A DNA stretch of 64,000 nt from Macrostomum lignano (lineage: Eukaryota), in NCBI GenBank assembly GCA_002269645.1, contig NIVC01002321.1, positions 1 to 64,000 on the forward strand, in the 5' to 3' direction. Each line of letters starts with the position of its first letter. Within the stretch, counting starts at the first letter, position 1. Under the pieces are notes generated by a model that saw only the letters and a program-made list of their open reading frames with translations, searched no databases and was not told where the DNA came from. Shown here one piece after another: positions 45,187-57,195 of this stretch. Both the position numbers and the translations under genes were made by a program.

Positions 45187-45410
45187 CCAATTCCCATGAG
45201 GGGAATTTCTGAGAGGCCAATGCTCATTATAGGGGATTTCTGAGATGCCAACGCTCATGAGGGGAATTTCTGAAAGGCCATTTCTCATGAGGGGAATTTT
45301 TTAGATTTCAATGCTCATGAGGGGAATTTCTGAGAGGCCAATACTCATGAGGGGAATCTCTGAGATGCCAATACTCATTATGGGGAATTTCTGAGAAGCC
45401 AATGCTCACG
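45187..45410. repeat. About 30-bp tandem repeat (about 7 units) just upstream of the FMO gene
   Basis: Unit approximately gccaatgctcatgaggggaatttctgaga. Confidence 0.85.
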
Positions 45411-45519
45411 GGGTAGAATTTGTCGCTGATAGGCCAAGCATCACATGGGAAAGCATCGGCTGAGGCCATGACTAAACTCAAATTATTTATATGCTAATTC
45501 TTCAGCCCCAGCCTGAGCC

Positions 45520-46149
45520 ATGCGGGTATGCATCATAGGCGCAGGTGTCAGCGGTCTAGTCAGCATCAAAGCCTGTTTAGAAGAGGCTGAGCAATTTCAG
45601 CCAGTCTGTTTCGAGCGCACCAACGATATTGGCGGTTTGTGGCGATTTCGAGAAGACGATGGACAGGCATGCGTGATGCGGTCAACTGTGATCAACACTA
45701 GCAAGGAAATGATGGCTATCAGTGACTTTCCACCCAGCTCGTCTTATCCGAACTTTATGCACAACAGTCAGGTGCAGCAGTACCTGAGAGACTATGCCGA
45801 CAAGTTCAATTTGAGGCAGTACATTCAGTTCCGTCATACTATTGAGAAGGTGGAGAAATGTCCAGATTTCAACTCTACCGGACAGTGGATTGTCACGGTG
45901 AAAGACGACCAGTCTGGTGTAAGTCGTACCGAGACATTTGGCGCTGTGCTGGTGTGTGTCGGTCACCATGCCAACCCTCACGTGGCCAGCTTTGCTGGAT
46001 TAGATACGAACTTCCAAGGCCAGGTGTTCCATCCGCACAGTTATCGCGACTGCACAGGTGACAATTTCAAAGGCAAGCGCGTGCTAATTGTTGGGATTGG
46101 CAATTCGGGCGGCGATCTGGCTGTCGAATTGAGTCGGGTGGCCTCTCAG
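45520..46149 (+). CDS. FMO: Flavin-containing monooxygenase, exon 1
   Basis: GAGVSG (FAD), FQGQVFHPHSY (FMO signature FxGxxxHxxxY) and GIGNSGGD (NADPH). Donor CAG|GTAGGT, phase 0. Confidence 0.95.
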
Positions 46150-46345
46150 GTAGGTTGAAGTTTTGGTTCGGTTTCTTAGAAAATTATTTTTTGAAGGCTG
46201 GTTTTACATAAATATATAGATTAGCTAGAAAAATGACAACATTGAGTTTGTTTGTTTGAATAGACACGCATGTATTTATATGGTATTTACTAAGGTATAT
46301 GCTTTACAACGATCGACTGCTACAACTCAACTGCTTAACCTAACT

Positions 46346-46680
46346 ATACCTAACCTAACCTAAACCCTACCTAAACCCTACCTTAAACCCTACTCTGAAC
46401 CCTATTCTAAATCCTATCCTAAACCGTCACCTAAATCCTATCCTAGAACCTGATTCCTAAACCCTACCCTAAATCCTATCCTAAACCCTACTCGTACCCT
46501 AAATCCTATCCTAAACCCTACCCTAAACCCTATCCTAAACCGTCACCTAAATCCTATCCTAAACCCTGATTCCTAAACTCTACCCTAAGCCCTATCTAAA
46601 GCCCTATCTTAAACCCAAATTCCTGAACTCACCTTAACACCTTAAACCGTATCCTAAACCCTACCAAAACGCTATCCTAA
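46346..46680. repeat. Degenerate (cctaaacccta/cctaaatccta)n repeat in FMO intron 1
   Basis: Direct inspection. Confidence 0.8.
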
Positions 46681-47339
46681 AGATTTAACATGCATTGTAA
46701 TAAGAGATTCTGTTTTCGCGTTCGCATTAAAACCAGCCTTAATTATAAAGCTAGGTTAGGTTTCCACCATTCAACTAAAGCTTTGTCATGCTTTTTAAGT
46801 GTGGTCACCTAAATTGGTGGTCTGTGACACTATATATATACATATAGGCTTGTGCATTGTCTGCAGCAATACTCATATACACTTTCCGTGCTCGCTCCAC
46901 TTATGGTTAAGAACACTTCATTACTTTTTTTAACAGCATCTGTGCCCCAGCTCAAATATGCTATTTTGCTTTTAGTTAGAAAACTATTTCCTGACGCTGT
47001 GCAATTTCTCTGCGAGTGCCTGCCTGTCTGTCTGTCTTTTTGTTTTCTTGACAGAGCAGCGTTAGGTTAGCTTTTCTTTCCACTGTTTTTTCAAGAAGTT
47101 TCCGACTCTGCATACACATGCACATGTATTGCTGTCGGGTATCTCGGATACGCTCACTTTCTATAACTGTACTATAAGTGCAGTTAGCATTTTATATAGA
47201 AACTTGTACAGTATTACTAGCCATCACAGAATGTCTATTGCAGTATAATTATTAGTGATCACCTCAGAGCATTACTCACCCTTCCTAACCTTTATGACCT
47301 GAATACATCTCAGATTCTCTCACCCCATATGACCTCTGA

Positions 47340-47640
47340 AACTGTCACCCTCGCTGCCCCCTCTCTGACCACTTCTCGCCCTCTCTGACCCCCTCTCACC
47401 CTCTCTGACCCCCTTTTAGCCTCTCTGACCCCCTCTCACCCTCTGACACCCTCTCTGACTCCCTTTCACCCTCTCTGACCTCTTCTCACCCCCTCTGACC
47501 CCCTTTTACCCTCTCTGACACCCTCTCACCCTCTCTGACACCCTCTCTGACACCCTCTCACCCTCTCTGACACCCTCTCACCCTCTCTGACACCCTCTCT
47601 GACCCCCTCTCACTCTCTGACACCCTCTCTGAGCCTCTCC
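47340..47640. repeat. CT-rich minisatellite (ccctctctgacaccctctca-like) in FMO intron 1
   Basis: Direct inspection. Confidence 0.85.
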
Positions 47641-47710
47641 TTATAATTACCCACTCGTGTTTGGTTAGTGCATTGGATCTATAGCACCAACATCCTCTCT
47701 GTACAAACAG

Positions 47711-48185
47711 GTATTCTTAAGCACTCGCCGAGGCACCTGGCTATTCAAAAGAATCCTAGACAATGGCTTGCCAATTGACTTGTTGATAACCAGGCGCTGG
47801 TTAATGAAACTGGCCTACTCTTTGCCGCAGTCATTGGTTAACGCCAAAATGCGCATGCTTGGGCGCAAACTAGGGATTCGCCCGGCCGTTTCTATTGGCG
47901 GCACACACATGTAAGTCGCTATTGGACAGAATATTGGTCACGTGACTGCTCTCAGCCAATAGCGACTTACATGTGTGTGTTGCCAGTAGAGGCGGCCGGG
48001 TGATTCCCAAGGTTGCGCATGTATGAAAATGCGTAGCGATATTAATCACGTGATTGATCACCGGCTGTACTCACTGGAGCCCGAGCACGAGCCTATGGCC
48101 GCGCATCCTACGGTTAATGACGATTTGCCAAATAGAATTATCTGCGGCTCTGTTAAAGTGAAAACCGATGTTAAACAGTTCACAG
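47711..48185 (+). CDS. FMO: FMO exon 2, interrupted by a MITE at 47854-48025
   Basis: VFLSTRRGTWLFKR...NAKMR[insert]SDINHVIDHRLYSLEP...HPTVNDDLPNRIICGSVKVK. Acceptor acag| and donor G|GTTAGT. Not in the ORF track. Confidence 0.88.
47854..48025. mobile_element. 172-bp palindromic hAT-like MITE
   Basis: 8-bp TSD aaaatgcg (47846-47853, 48026-48033), CAT...ATG ends, and long internal inverted arms (cccggccg...acacacatgtaagtcgctattgg). Confidence 0.85.
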
Positions 48186-48237
48186 GTTAGTAAAATGGCT
48201 TGTATTCATAAAATATCTTTGGGGTAGCTTAGACACA

Positions 48238-48525
48238 AGTGAGACACTCTGAGATGCATTTGAGACACTCTGAGATGCATTTGAGACACTTCTGAGATGC
48301 ATTTGAGACACTCTGAGATGCATTTGAGACACTCTGAGATGCATTTGAGACACTCTGAGATGCATTTGAGACACTCTGAGATGCATTTGGAGACACTCTA
48401 AGATGCATTTAAGACACTCTGAGATGCATTTGAGACACTCTGAGATGCATTTGAGACACTCTGAGATGCATTTAAGACACTCTGAGATGCATTTGAGACA
48501 CTCTGAGATGCGTTTGAGACAATTC
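48238..48525. repeat. 21-bp tandem array in an FMO intron
   Basis: Unit gagacactctgagatgcattt. Confidence 0.95.
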
Positions 48526-48564
48526 TGAAAGCTTGAAAGTTTTTTAGTTTAAAAATTTCTGAGA

Positions 48565-48864
48565 GGGTTCTAGTCTAGTGGTTAGAGCGTCGGACCCACA
48601 ACTGAAAGGTCGGGGGTTCGATTCTCGACCCACTCGGAACAATTGTGTCCTGAGCAAGACACTTAACTCTGCATTGCTTCAGTTCACCCAGCTGTAAAAT
48701 GGGTGCCAGCATTAGCTGGGGTAATTGAGGGTGTGTGGCGACCCCCCAGTCCTTGGACCGAACAGCCGTACGCAGCCTTCAGATGACTGCGGCTATACGC
48801 TGCGCAATAGCTGCGGCTGAGCTGTCGGTTGCACATTTGGCCAAATTAGGGCAGGTGTAATCAG
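48565..48864 (+). mobile_element. SINE family A, most complete copy
   Basis: tagtctagtggttagagcgtcggac...ggttcgattctcg head, CORE-like body and full 3' region. Confidence 0.88.
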
Positions 48865-49004
48865 TTATGTAGCGTTATTAGTTTTTAAGCTAATCTTATC
48901 TCTTTAGTCTTTCATTGTAAATCTCAGGCCTAATTTGGGGGGGGGGGGCTGCTACCCGAATATTAAAGCACGACTTCGCATCCTAATTGACTTGCACTTT
49001 CCAG

Positions 49005-49375
49005 CCACCGGCTGCGAATTCGTTGACGGCACCGTCGAGGACAATCTGGACGTTGTTACGAGTATCGTTGCCACCGGTTACAAATTCTCGTTTCCATTCC
49101 TGCCGGAAGATGTGATTTCGGTAGTTGACAACAGGCTGGACCTGTACAAGTACGTGTTTCCGCCCAAACTGGAACGGTCAACCCTGGCTTTTATTGGCTA
49201 CGTGCAACCGCTTGGCGCTCTGCACCCGATCTCTGAGGGTCAGGCCAGATGGGCCGTCCAGGTGTTCAAAGGCATGGCACCGCTGCCAACTGCCGAAGCT
49301 ATGCTAGCGGATGTGGAAGCTAAGCGAACGGCTATGGCTAGTCGATATGTGAAAAGTCCGAGGCATACTATTCAG
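49005..49375 (+). CDS. FMO: FMO exon 3
   Basis: ATGYKFSFPFL...LYKYVFPP...PISEGQARW...SPRHTIQ. Phase 1-0 splice sites. Confidence 0.92.
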
Positions 49376-49801
49376 GTAAATAGGTGTTATTTATTATTGA
49401 CACTGTACAGAAGTTACCTTAGTCTTTGGCAGATATGTAGCGTAAAAATCTTTATGCATTAAAGAAAGTAGTTCATATTTTGACTCCTTCAAATTTTGCC
49501 GATATGTAGGGTAATAATCTTTCTAAAGTGAATAAATTCATTCATCTGATTTTCGAATTTTGCCGATATGTAGTGTAACAATTTTCCTAAATTAAAAAAC
49601 CGTTCTTCATAAAATTAATTTCTCACCGATATGTAGCGTATAAATCTTTATGCATTGAAAAAGGCATTTCCTTCTCGAGCTTCCCTTAATGTCACCGATA
49701 TGTAGTGCAAAAACTCAGTTGTGTATATTGAAGAATTCCATTCGTATTCTCTGATTTCTCACCGATATGTTGAGTAACAATTATAACTGCCCGCATTCCA
49801 G

Positions 49802-50125
49802 GTGGACTGGGTTCCCTACATGGACGAAATTCACGAACAGTTTGGCGCCAGACCCAATATGCTGCGCCTGTGGCTCAGCGATCCCCGATTAGCCAGCAGT
49901 GTTTGGTTCGGTCCCTGCCTGCCCTATCACTATCGGCTGGACGGTCCGCACGCTTGGCCGGGCGCCAGGGAGGCTATTCTTAACGTGTGGGACCGGGTTC
50001 GAGCCCCGCTAGCTACTAGGCCGCTGCCGCCGGCTCCTAGCGCTAATGGGTCGTTTGGCAGCATCCTCTGTTTAGTGGCGATTGCTGGAGTGCTGCTGGC
50101 AGTGCTTGCTCTGCTGTGGCGTTGA
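49802..50125 (+). CDS. FMO: FMO exon 4 with C-terminal membrane anchor
   Basis: VDWVPYMDE...FGPCLPYHYRLDGPHAWPGAREAI, a hydrophobic tail, then TGA. Confidence 0.93.
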   Translation: MDWVPYMDEIHEQFGARPNMLRLWLSDPRLASSVWFGPCLPYHYRLDGPHAWPGAREAILNVWDRVRAPLATRPLPPAPSANGSFGSILCLVAIAGVLLAVLALLWR

Positions 50126-50159
50126 CTGCTGCTTGAATGTTGCTGAGAGTGCTGAGTAG

Positions 50160-50640
50160 GGGTGAGATTTAGGGTGAGATGAGCTGAGATACTGTCTCAT
50201 GCAGTGAGTTGTAGGTTGAGATTAACAGATACTGTCTTATGGGGTGAGATTTGGATTGACATAAATAGAAATACTGTCTCATAGGGTGAGATCTAGGATG
50301 AGATGAACGGAGATACTGTCTCATTGTGGTGAGATCTAGGGTGAGATGAACGGAGATACTGTCTCATTGGGGTGAGATCTAGGGTGAGATGAACGGAGAT
50401 ACTGTCTCATTGGGGTGAGGTCTAGGGTGAGATGAACGGATATATTCGAATACTGTCTCATGCGGTGAGTTTAAGGGTGAGATGAACAGGGATACTGTTT
50501 TATAGGGGTGAGATCTAGGGTGAGATGAAGGGAAGTACTAATCCAGGGGGAGATCTATGGTGAGATGAACAGAGATACTGTCTCATGGGATGAGATCTAG
50601 GGTGAGATGAACAGAGATGCTCTGTCATGCGGTGAGATTT
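50160..50640. repeat. About 43-bp tandem repeat downstream of FMO
   Basis: Unit approximately gggtgagatctagggtgagatgaacggagatactgtctcattg. Confidence 0.88.
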
Positions 50641-51199
50641 CGGAATCTAGATTTTCGCATCAATGAAAAGTCAAATTCTTACACTTTGATTTCCGAAACG
50701 ATTTTATCAATTCATACATAAGACATAAAGTTTTGACACATGCGCTTATCATGCAGTTTAGAGAGAGATTTTTAGTATATGGGATATGTAGCATATAATA
50801 AATACATGATTTATTGATTATAATAGTTTTCAAATTTGTTCAATGTCCGGTGTGTTCCTGAGAGCTTTTAATTAGTTTGTTATATAATTATTGTTTCATA
50901 GGTGCTTTAAAATTATGATTGAAATCTGCCAGCATCCTACGATTAAATTAAACTATTTGTTAAGAAATCCAATTAGATTTATCATTAATAGATTGTCAAT
51001 TTTATTTTGTTTTCTTTCATGGTCTTAAATTGAATATAATTTAATATATATTCATTTAATAATATAATATAGTGAATATAATATTTGTGTTATTAGCAAA
51101 TTTAATTATATTGCACACCCAACAGTCCTACATGCAAGACATACAGTAGTCTTCAGACTTTTCTCTTGACTCTTGTCCGTCCTATTCATACTATCTTGT

Positions 51200-52325
51200 T
51201 TCTCAGTCTTACTGCTACTGTCTCATCTCACTCTATCACTCTCCTCATATCCCTCACTGTCTCCTCTCCTCGCCTCACCTCTCCTTTTCTCTGATCTCCC
51301 CTCTCACAGTGTCTCCTCTCCCATCTCACTCTCTCATTGTCTCTTCTCTCATCTCTCCCTCTCACTGTCTCTCTTCTCCCATCTCCCTCTCTCTGCCCCC
51401 TTCCATCTCCCCCTCTCACTGTCTCGCATCTCCCTCTCACACTGTCTCTTCTCTCATCACTCCCTCTCACCGTCCCATCTCCCTTTCTCACTATCTCCCT
51501 CTCTCACTATCTCTCCCTATCACTGTTCTTCTCTCCCATCTCCCTTTCTCACTGTCTCTCCTCTCCCATCTCCCTTTCTCACTGTCTCTCCTCTCCCATC
51601 TCACTTTCTCACTGTCTCTTCTCCCATCTCCCTCTCTCACTGTCTCTCGTCTCCCATCTCCCTTTCTCACTGTCTCTCCTCTCCCATCTCCCTCTCTCAC
51701 TGTCTCTCCTCTCCCATCTCCCTTTCTCACTGTCTCTTCTCTCATCTCTCCCTCTCACTGTCTCTCGTCTCCCATCTCCCTTTCTCACTGTCTCTCCTCT
51801 CCCATCTCCCTCTCTCACTGTCTCTCCTCTCCCATCTCCCTTTCTCACTGTCTCTTCTCTCATCTCTCCCTCTCACTGTCTCTCGTCTCCCATCTCCCTT
51901 TCTCACTGTCTCTCCTCTCCCATCTCCCTTTCTCACTGTCTCTTCTCTCATCTCTCCCTCTCACTGTCTCTCGTCTCCCATCTCCCTTTCTCACTGTCTC
52001 TCCTCTCCCATCTCCCTCTCTCACTGTCTCTTCTCTCATCTCTCCCTCTCACTGTCTCTCGTCTCCCATCTCCCTTTCTCACTGTCTCTCCTCTCCCATC
52101 TCCCTCTCTCACTGTTTCTCCTCTCCCATCTCCCTCTCTCACTGTCTCTTCTCTCATCTCTCCCTCTCACTGTCTCTCGTCTCCCATCTCCCTTTCTCAC
52201 TGTCTCTCCTCTCCCATCTCCCTCTCTCACTGTCTCTCCTCTCCCATCTCCGTCTCTCACTGTCTCTCCTCTCCCATCTCCCTCTCTCACTGTCTCTCCT
52301 CTCCCATCTCCCTCTCTCACTGTCT
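51200..52325. repeat. CT-rich minisatellite (about 29-30-bp unit) upstream of the APP-like gene
   Basis: Unit approximately tctcactgtctctcctctcccatctccct. Source of several spurious long ORFs. Confidence 0.95.
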
Positions 52326-52473
52326 CCTGTAAGTCAGTTTTAATGCAATGTTCAGCAACAAAAATCCGAAAATTAATTTCAGCAGAAAAGCAGGCCACCG
52401 TTTTGTGGATTACCTATTCGTCTTAAAAGTTTGACTCCATCTTCTGAGAAACTCAGCAAACAAGAAAAGCAAC

Positions 52474-53166
52474 ATGGCTCATCGCGCGCCTCTGCTGCTG
52501 TCACTGACTCTCATGATTGCCAATGTGGTGGTTGCCCTGGAAACGGCACCAACAAAATCGCCCACCACTGTTGCGGCTACTGCTGGCGCTACAGCCCAGC
52601 CGACAAGCGGGCCAAGCGCCGACGGATTTCGCGGCCGAGTTGCCGTCGCCTGCTCCGACGGGCACCGACGCGCCGCCTTGGCCTGGTCGGAGAGCGCCGG
52701 AGAATGGCGCCAGATCCCCGGCGCCAACAGCTGTCCGGCGTCGGAAAGCGACGCTGACGCCATCCGTGATCTGTGCCGGCGCGCCTACCCTGGTCAGCGG
52801 ATCGTGAACGTGGAGCCGGCTGTGGAGCACGAAGCATTCCCCAACTGGTGCCCGCTTGACAACTCGCATCGGCGTAAGGCTGGCCAACCCTGTCCGATTC
52901 TGAATGTCCGCCCGTTCGAGTGCCTGTCCGGCCCGTTCCAGAGCCCCTCGCTGCTGGTTCCGCGCGGCTGCGAGTTCAAGCACAACTCTAGCGACACCGA
53001 GAACTGCCAGCAATACGCCTATTGGCGTACAGTTGCTAAGGACTATTGCGCCAATATCAAGCTGCCTGGAAAATGGCATTTGGATCGGTACGCACCGCTG
53101 CGACCCTGCAATCGGATGCTGAGCGCTGGCTACTTTGCCGCCGTGGAGTTTGTCTGCTGCCCTGAG
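52474..53166 (+). CDS. APP: Amyloid precursor protein family, exon 1: signal peptide and E1 (GFLD + CuBD)
   Basis: CRRAYP...IVNV...FPNWC...VRPFECLSGPFQSPSLLVPRGCEFKH...LRPC...FAAVEFVCCP. Donor GAG|GTAAAA. Confidence 0.93.
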
Positions 53167-53258
53167 GTAAAATTAGACTCAAAACGAGTTTGTTTTTTTA
53201 GATTTTGTACAAAAACTCTACACACAGCGGCTGTCGGAGTTTCTTGGATTCGCATCTA

Positions 53259-53725
53259 TGAATTCCTTACCCCAATGTACACTCACTGCTAGCCTAGAAT
53301 TCCTTACCCCAATGTACACTCACTGCTAGCCTAGAATTCCTTACCCCACTGTACACTCACTGCTAGCCTAGAATTCCTTACCCCAATGTACACTCACTGC
53401 TAGCCTAGAATTCCTTACCCCAATGTACACTCACTGCTAGCCTAGAATTCCTTACCCCACTGTACACTCACTGCTAGCCTAGAATTCCTTACCCCACTGT
53501 ACACTCACTGCTAGCCTAGAATTCCTTACCCCACTGTACACTCACTGCTAGCCGTTAATTCCTTACCCCAATGTACACTCACTGCTAGCCTAGAATTCCT
53601 TACCCCAATGTACACTCACTGCTAGCCTAGAATTCCTTACCCCAATGTACACTTACTGCTAGCCTAGAATTCCTTACCCCACTGTACACTCACTGCTAGC
53701 CTAGAATTCCTTACCCCAATTTACA
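53259..53725. repeat. 37-bp tandem array, APP intron 1
   Basis: Unit agaattccttacccca(a/c)tgtacactcactgctagcct. Confidence 0.95.
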
Positions 53726-53745
53726 CTCCTTCCTACCCTAATAAG

Positions 53746-54048
53746 CACCCCACCCCACCCCGGCAGCCCGTCATCGAGGTCAGCCCGGCTAAGGTGGATC
53801 CGCCGCGCAAAGTTGCCGAGAAAAAAGCCATCGACAAGGGCATTGCCAACGCCAAAGCGGCTGCCTACGCCGCCGCCACGGCCATAAATTCGAAGCCCAT
53901 GGAACTGCAGTCGCCGTCCGATCTGCTCGGCCTTGGCAAAGACGCCGATGAAGCTCGCTACCAGCGCTACCTGACCGTGCCGACCGAGTCCGGACACTCC
54001 GAGCACGAGCGATTCCTGGGCGCTAAACGCGGCCTTCAGCATCATCAG
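53746..54048 (+). CDS. APP: APP-like exon 2: linker and start of E2
   Basis: EARYQRYL...SEHERFLGAKRGLQHHQ. Donor CAG|GTGGGT. Acceptor taataag| is less certain. Confidence 0.8.
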
Positions 54049-54099
54049 GTGGGTCAAAGAGAAAACTGCGTGACAGGAAGGTCAAATATCAGAAAGATC

Positions 54100-54375
54100 A
54101 GCTGTCAAGACAGGGAGATTAGAGAGGACAAGACAAGGAGGTCAAAGAGGTCAAGATAGGGAGGTCAAAGGGGTCAAGACAGGGAGGTCAATGGTCAAAG
54201 GGGTCAAGACAGAGAGGTCAAAGGGGTCAAGACAGTGAGGTCAAAGGGGACAAGACAGGAGGTCAAAGGGGTCAAGACAGTGAGGTCAAAGAGGTCAAGA
54301 CAGGAAGGTCAAAAGGGACAAGACAGGGAGGTCAAAGGGGTCAAAACAGAAAGGTCAAAGCAGGCCAGGCAAGAC
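54100..54375. repeat. Degenerate aggtcaaaggggtcaagacaggg repeat, APP intron 2
   Basis: Direct inspection. Confidence 0.8.
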
Positions 54376-54454
54376 GAAGAAACAAATCCAGAATCCATAA
54401 GTCATCCAGATCGATCTCAGTTGATGTCGATGTCAATTCTTTTAAAATTCGCAG

Positions 54455-54775
54455 GCGATTCGCGAGAGCGCCATGGTCAAGGAGCTGCAGGAGGCCGAGT
54501 CTCGTATCCTTCGCCTGTCGCCTCGCGACCCGGAGAGCGCCCAGCGACTCCTAGACGAAGTTGAGAAACAGTTCCGACGCTCGTTTCTGTCTGTGCAACG
54601 CGAGGAGGAGGCCGAGCACGATCAGCTTGACTCGGTGCACCAGCAGCGGGTCAACCTGCTGTTTGTTGGCAAGCTGAACCACGTGAAACGATTGCTAGCT
54701 GAATCGATTTCGGAGAAGAATGCCAAATCGGCTAAGAGATATTTTGCTCGGCTAGCTGCTCTCATTACTAAAGAG
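54455..54775 (+). CDS. APP: APP-like exon 3: E2 domain
   Basis: MVKELQEAE...EKQFRRSFLSVQREEEAEHDQLDSVHQQRV. Phase 0-0. Confidence 0.88.
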
Positions 54776-54879
54776 GTTTGATTTACTGTTAATCATGTAC
54801 ACGTACGCTGAGAGTACCGTTTCTAAGGCACTAAACTTGTCTTAAGTCTTGGAATCTCAGCATCTCAGATCGTTTCGAT

Positions 54880-55840
54880 GGTAGATTAGGGAGGTTGAGA
54901 TGGTAGATTAGTGGGGTTGAGATGGTAGATTAGTGAGGTTGAGATGGTAGATTAGTGAGGTTGAGATAGTAGATTAGTGAGGTTGAGATAGTAGATTAGT
55001 GAGGTTGAGATAGTAGATTAGTGAGGTTGAGATGGTAGATTAGAGAGGTTGAGGTGGTAGATTAGGGAGGTTGAGATGGTAGATTAGAGAGGTTGAGATG
55101 GTAGACTAAGTGTAGATTGAGATGGTAGATTAGGTGTAGATTGAGATGGTAGACTAGGTGTAGATTGAGATGGTAGATTAGGGAGGTTGAGATGGTAGAC
55201 TAGGGAGGTTGAGATGGTTGATTAGTGAGGTTGAGATTGTAGATTAGAGAGGTTGAGATGGTAGATAAGGGAGGTTGAGATGGTAGACTAAGTGTAGATT
55301 GAGATGGTAAACTAGGTGTAGATTGAGATGGTAGACTAGGTGTAGATTGAGATGGTAGACTAGGTGTAGATTGAGATGGTAGATTAGGGAGGTTGAGATG
55401 GTAGACTAGGGAGGTTGAGATGGTTGATTAGTGAGGTTGAGATTGTAGATTAGAGAGGTTGAGATGGTAGATAAGGGAGGTTGAGATGGTAGATTAGAGA
55501 GGTTGAGATGGTAGACTAAGTGTAGATTGAGATGGTAGATTAGGTGTAGATTGAGATGGTAGACTAGGTGTAGATTGAGATGGTAGATTAGGGAGGTTGA
55601 GATGGTAGACTAGGGAGGTTGAGATGGTTGATTAGTGAGGTTGAGATTGTAGATTAGAGAGGTTGAGATGGTAGATAAGGGAGGTTGAGATGGTAGATTA
55701 GTGAGGTTGAGATGGTAGACTAAGTGTAGATTGAGATGGTAAACTAGGTGTAGATTGAGATGGTAGACTAGGTGTAGATTGAGATGGTAGATTAGGGAGG
55801 TTGAGATGGTAGACTAGGTGTAAATCGAGATGGTAGATTC
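54880..55840. repeat. 22-bp tandem array, APP intron 3
   Basis: Units gatggtagattagggaggttga and gatggtagactaggtgtagattga. Confidence 0.95.
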
Positions 55841-55896
55841 AATGGTAGACAGCGGCTCTACGAGTAGATCTGGTACCCTCCCCCCGGCTCCTCCAG

Positions 55897-56171
55897 ATTG
55901 TCCGCCTGGCCAACCGGGCCAACCGTCTGTCACCGCGCATCAGCCAGGCCCACCTGGCCACTCTGCGCCGTCACGCCGCCAACCTGCGCACCGATCTGTC
56001 GGACTCCGGTGCCGACGCTGCGCTGCGGCGCCTAGTCGACTTGTCCGTCGTGTCCGGCATTCTTGCCCGCTATGAGAACGTGCTCAAAAAGGCTGATAAA
56101 CTTCTGGCTGAGGCGAAGGCTTCTTCTGCTGCTGCTGCTGGAGATTCTGCAGGCTCTGCCTATCCGCCAAG
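55897..56171 (+). CDS. APP: APP-like exon 4
   Basis: Acceptor ctcctccag|, open frame IVRLANRANRLSPRISQAHL..., donor AG|GTATTG in phase 2. Confidence 0.8.
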
Positions 56172-56420
56172 GTATTGCAGTAATACGCATTTATTGCCTG
56201 CTCGCATTTATGGCTCTCCATGGCTAGGGAGGGGGTAGGGAGGTAGAACTGCAAGGCAATAAAATTGTGCGCGTGCGTGCCCAGCTGAGCTCATGTCATA
56301 AAATTTAAGCTTTCTTGTTGACTCGTTTTTTTTAATTAAGATTTCTCCGGTACATTACTTTCAGTAAGTAGTATGGTTAAGGCGAATTTTTACTATCACA
56401 AATTTTGCTTACCAAATCCG

Positions 56421-56925
56421 GACCGGATTTTGCTTAGCAAAGTGTTGTCTATGGCCAAGCCCTGCTGACCTCGCCGGCAGGACCGGATTTAGCTTAGCAA
56501 AGTGTTGTCTATGGCCAAGCCCTGCTGACCTCGCCGGCAGGACCGGATTTTGCTTATCAAAGTGTTGTCTATGGCCAAGCCCTGCTGACCTCGCCGGCAG
56601 GGCCGGATTTAGCTTATCAAAGTGTTGTCTATGGCCAAGCCCTGCTGACCTCGCCGGCAGGACCGGATTTAGCTTATCAAAATGTTGTCTATGGCCAAGC
56701 CCTGCTGACCTCGCCGGCAGGACCGGATTTGCTTAGCAAAGTGTTGTCTATAATCAAGCCCTGCTGACCTCGCCGGCAGGACTGGATTTAGCTTAGCAAA
56801 GTGTTGTCTATGGCCAAGCCCTGCTGACCTCGCCGGCAGGACTGGATTTAGCTTAGCAAAGTGTTGTCTATGGCTAAGCCCTGCTGACCTCGCCGGCAGG
56901 GCCGGATTTTGCTTGTTGTCTATGG
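56421..56925. repeat. 60-bp tandem array (about 8 units), APP intron 4
   Basis: Unit gaccggattt(t/a)gcttagcaaagtgttgtctatggccaagccctgctgacctcgccggcag. Confidence 0.96.
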
Positions 56926-56984
56926 TCAAAACTCCGCTTCTATCAGAAGCCTTTAGCGTTCGTAGTTCGTTCCACAGTCTAGCA

Positions 56985-57195
56985 TATTGTCCACAATTCT
57001 GGGGCTGCTGATCTTGCTCTTCCGCGGCAGTTGCAAATAAAGCATTGCTTCCATTCCCACTGCTTGTGACAGCCATGTCTAAATGAAAATCTACGGGTGA
57101 AACTATAGAACCACTATGGACCAAATTGATGCTTGTTGGACCAAATTAAATACTGCTATGCCAGCCTTGCTACCATAGACAAAAGCATCATTACG
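56985..57195 (-). mobile_element. Third relic of the HTH-transposase family
   Basis: Reverse complement matches 11735-11880 (AEEQDQQPQNCGQYARL versus EEAQDQPQNCGPYARL). Confidence 0.6.

Noticed and set aside
46346-46680. Interstitial telomere
   Set aside because: Units are irregular cctaaacccta/cctaaatccta variants rather than (TTAGGG)n, and they lie within an intron.
48565-48640. tRNA genes at SINE heads (also 6524, 26512, 35229, 63787)
   Set aside because: A/B boxes are present, but there is no complete cloverleaf and each continues into a shared SINE body.
51173-52426. Long ORFs of 331-417 aa and antisense R/E/G-rich ORFs
   Set aside because: Stop-free translations of a CT-rich minisatellite.
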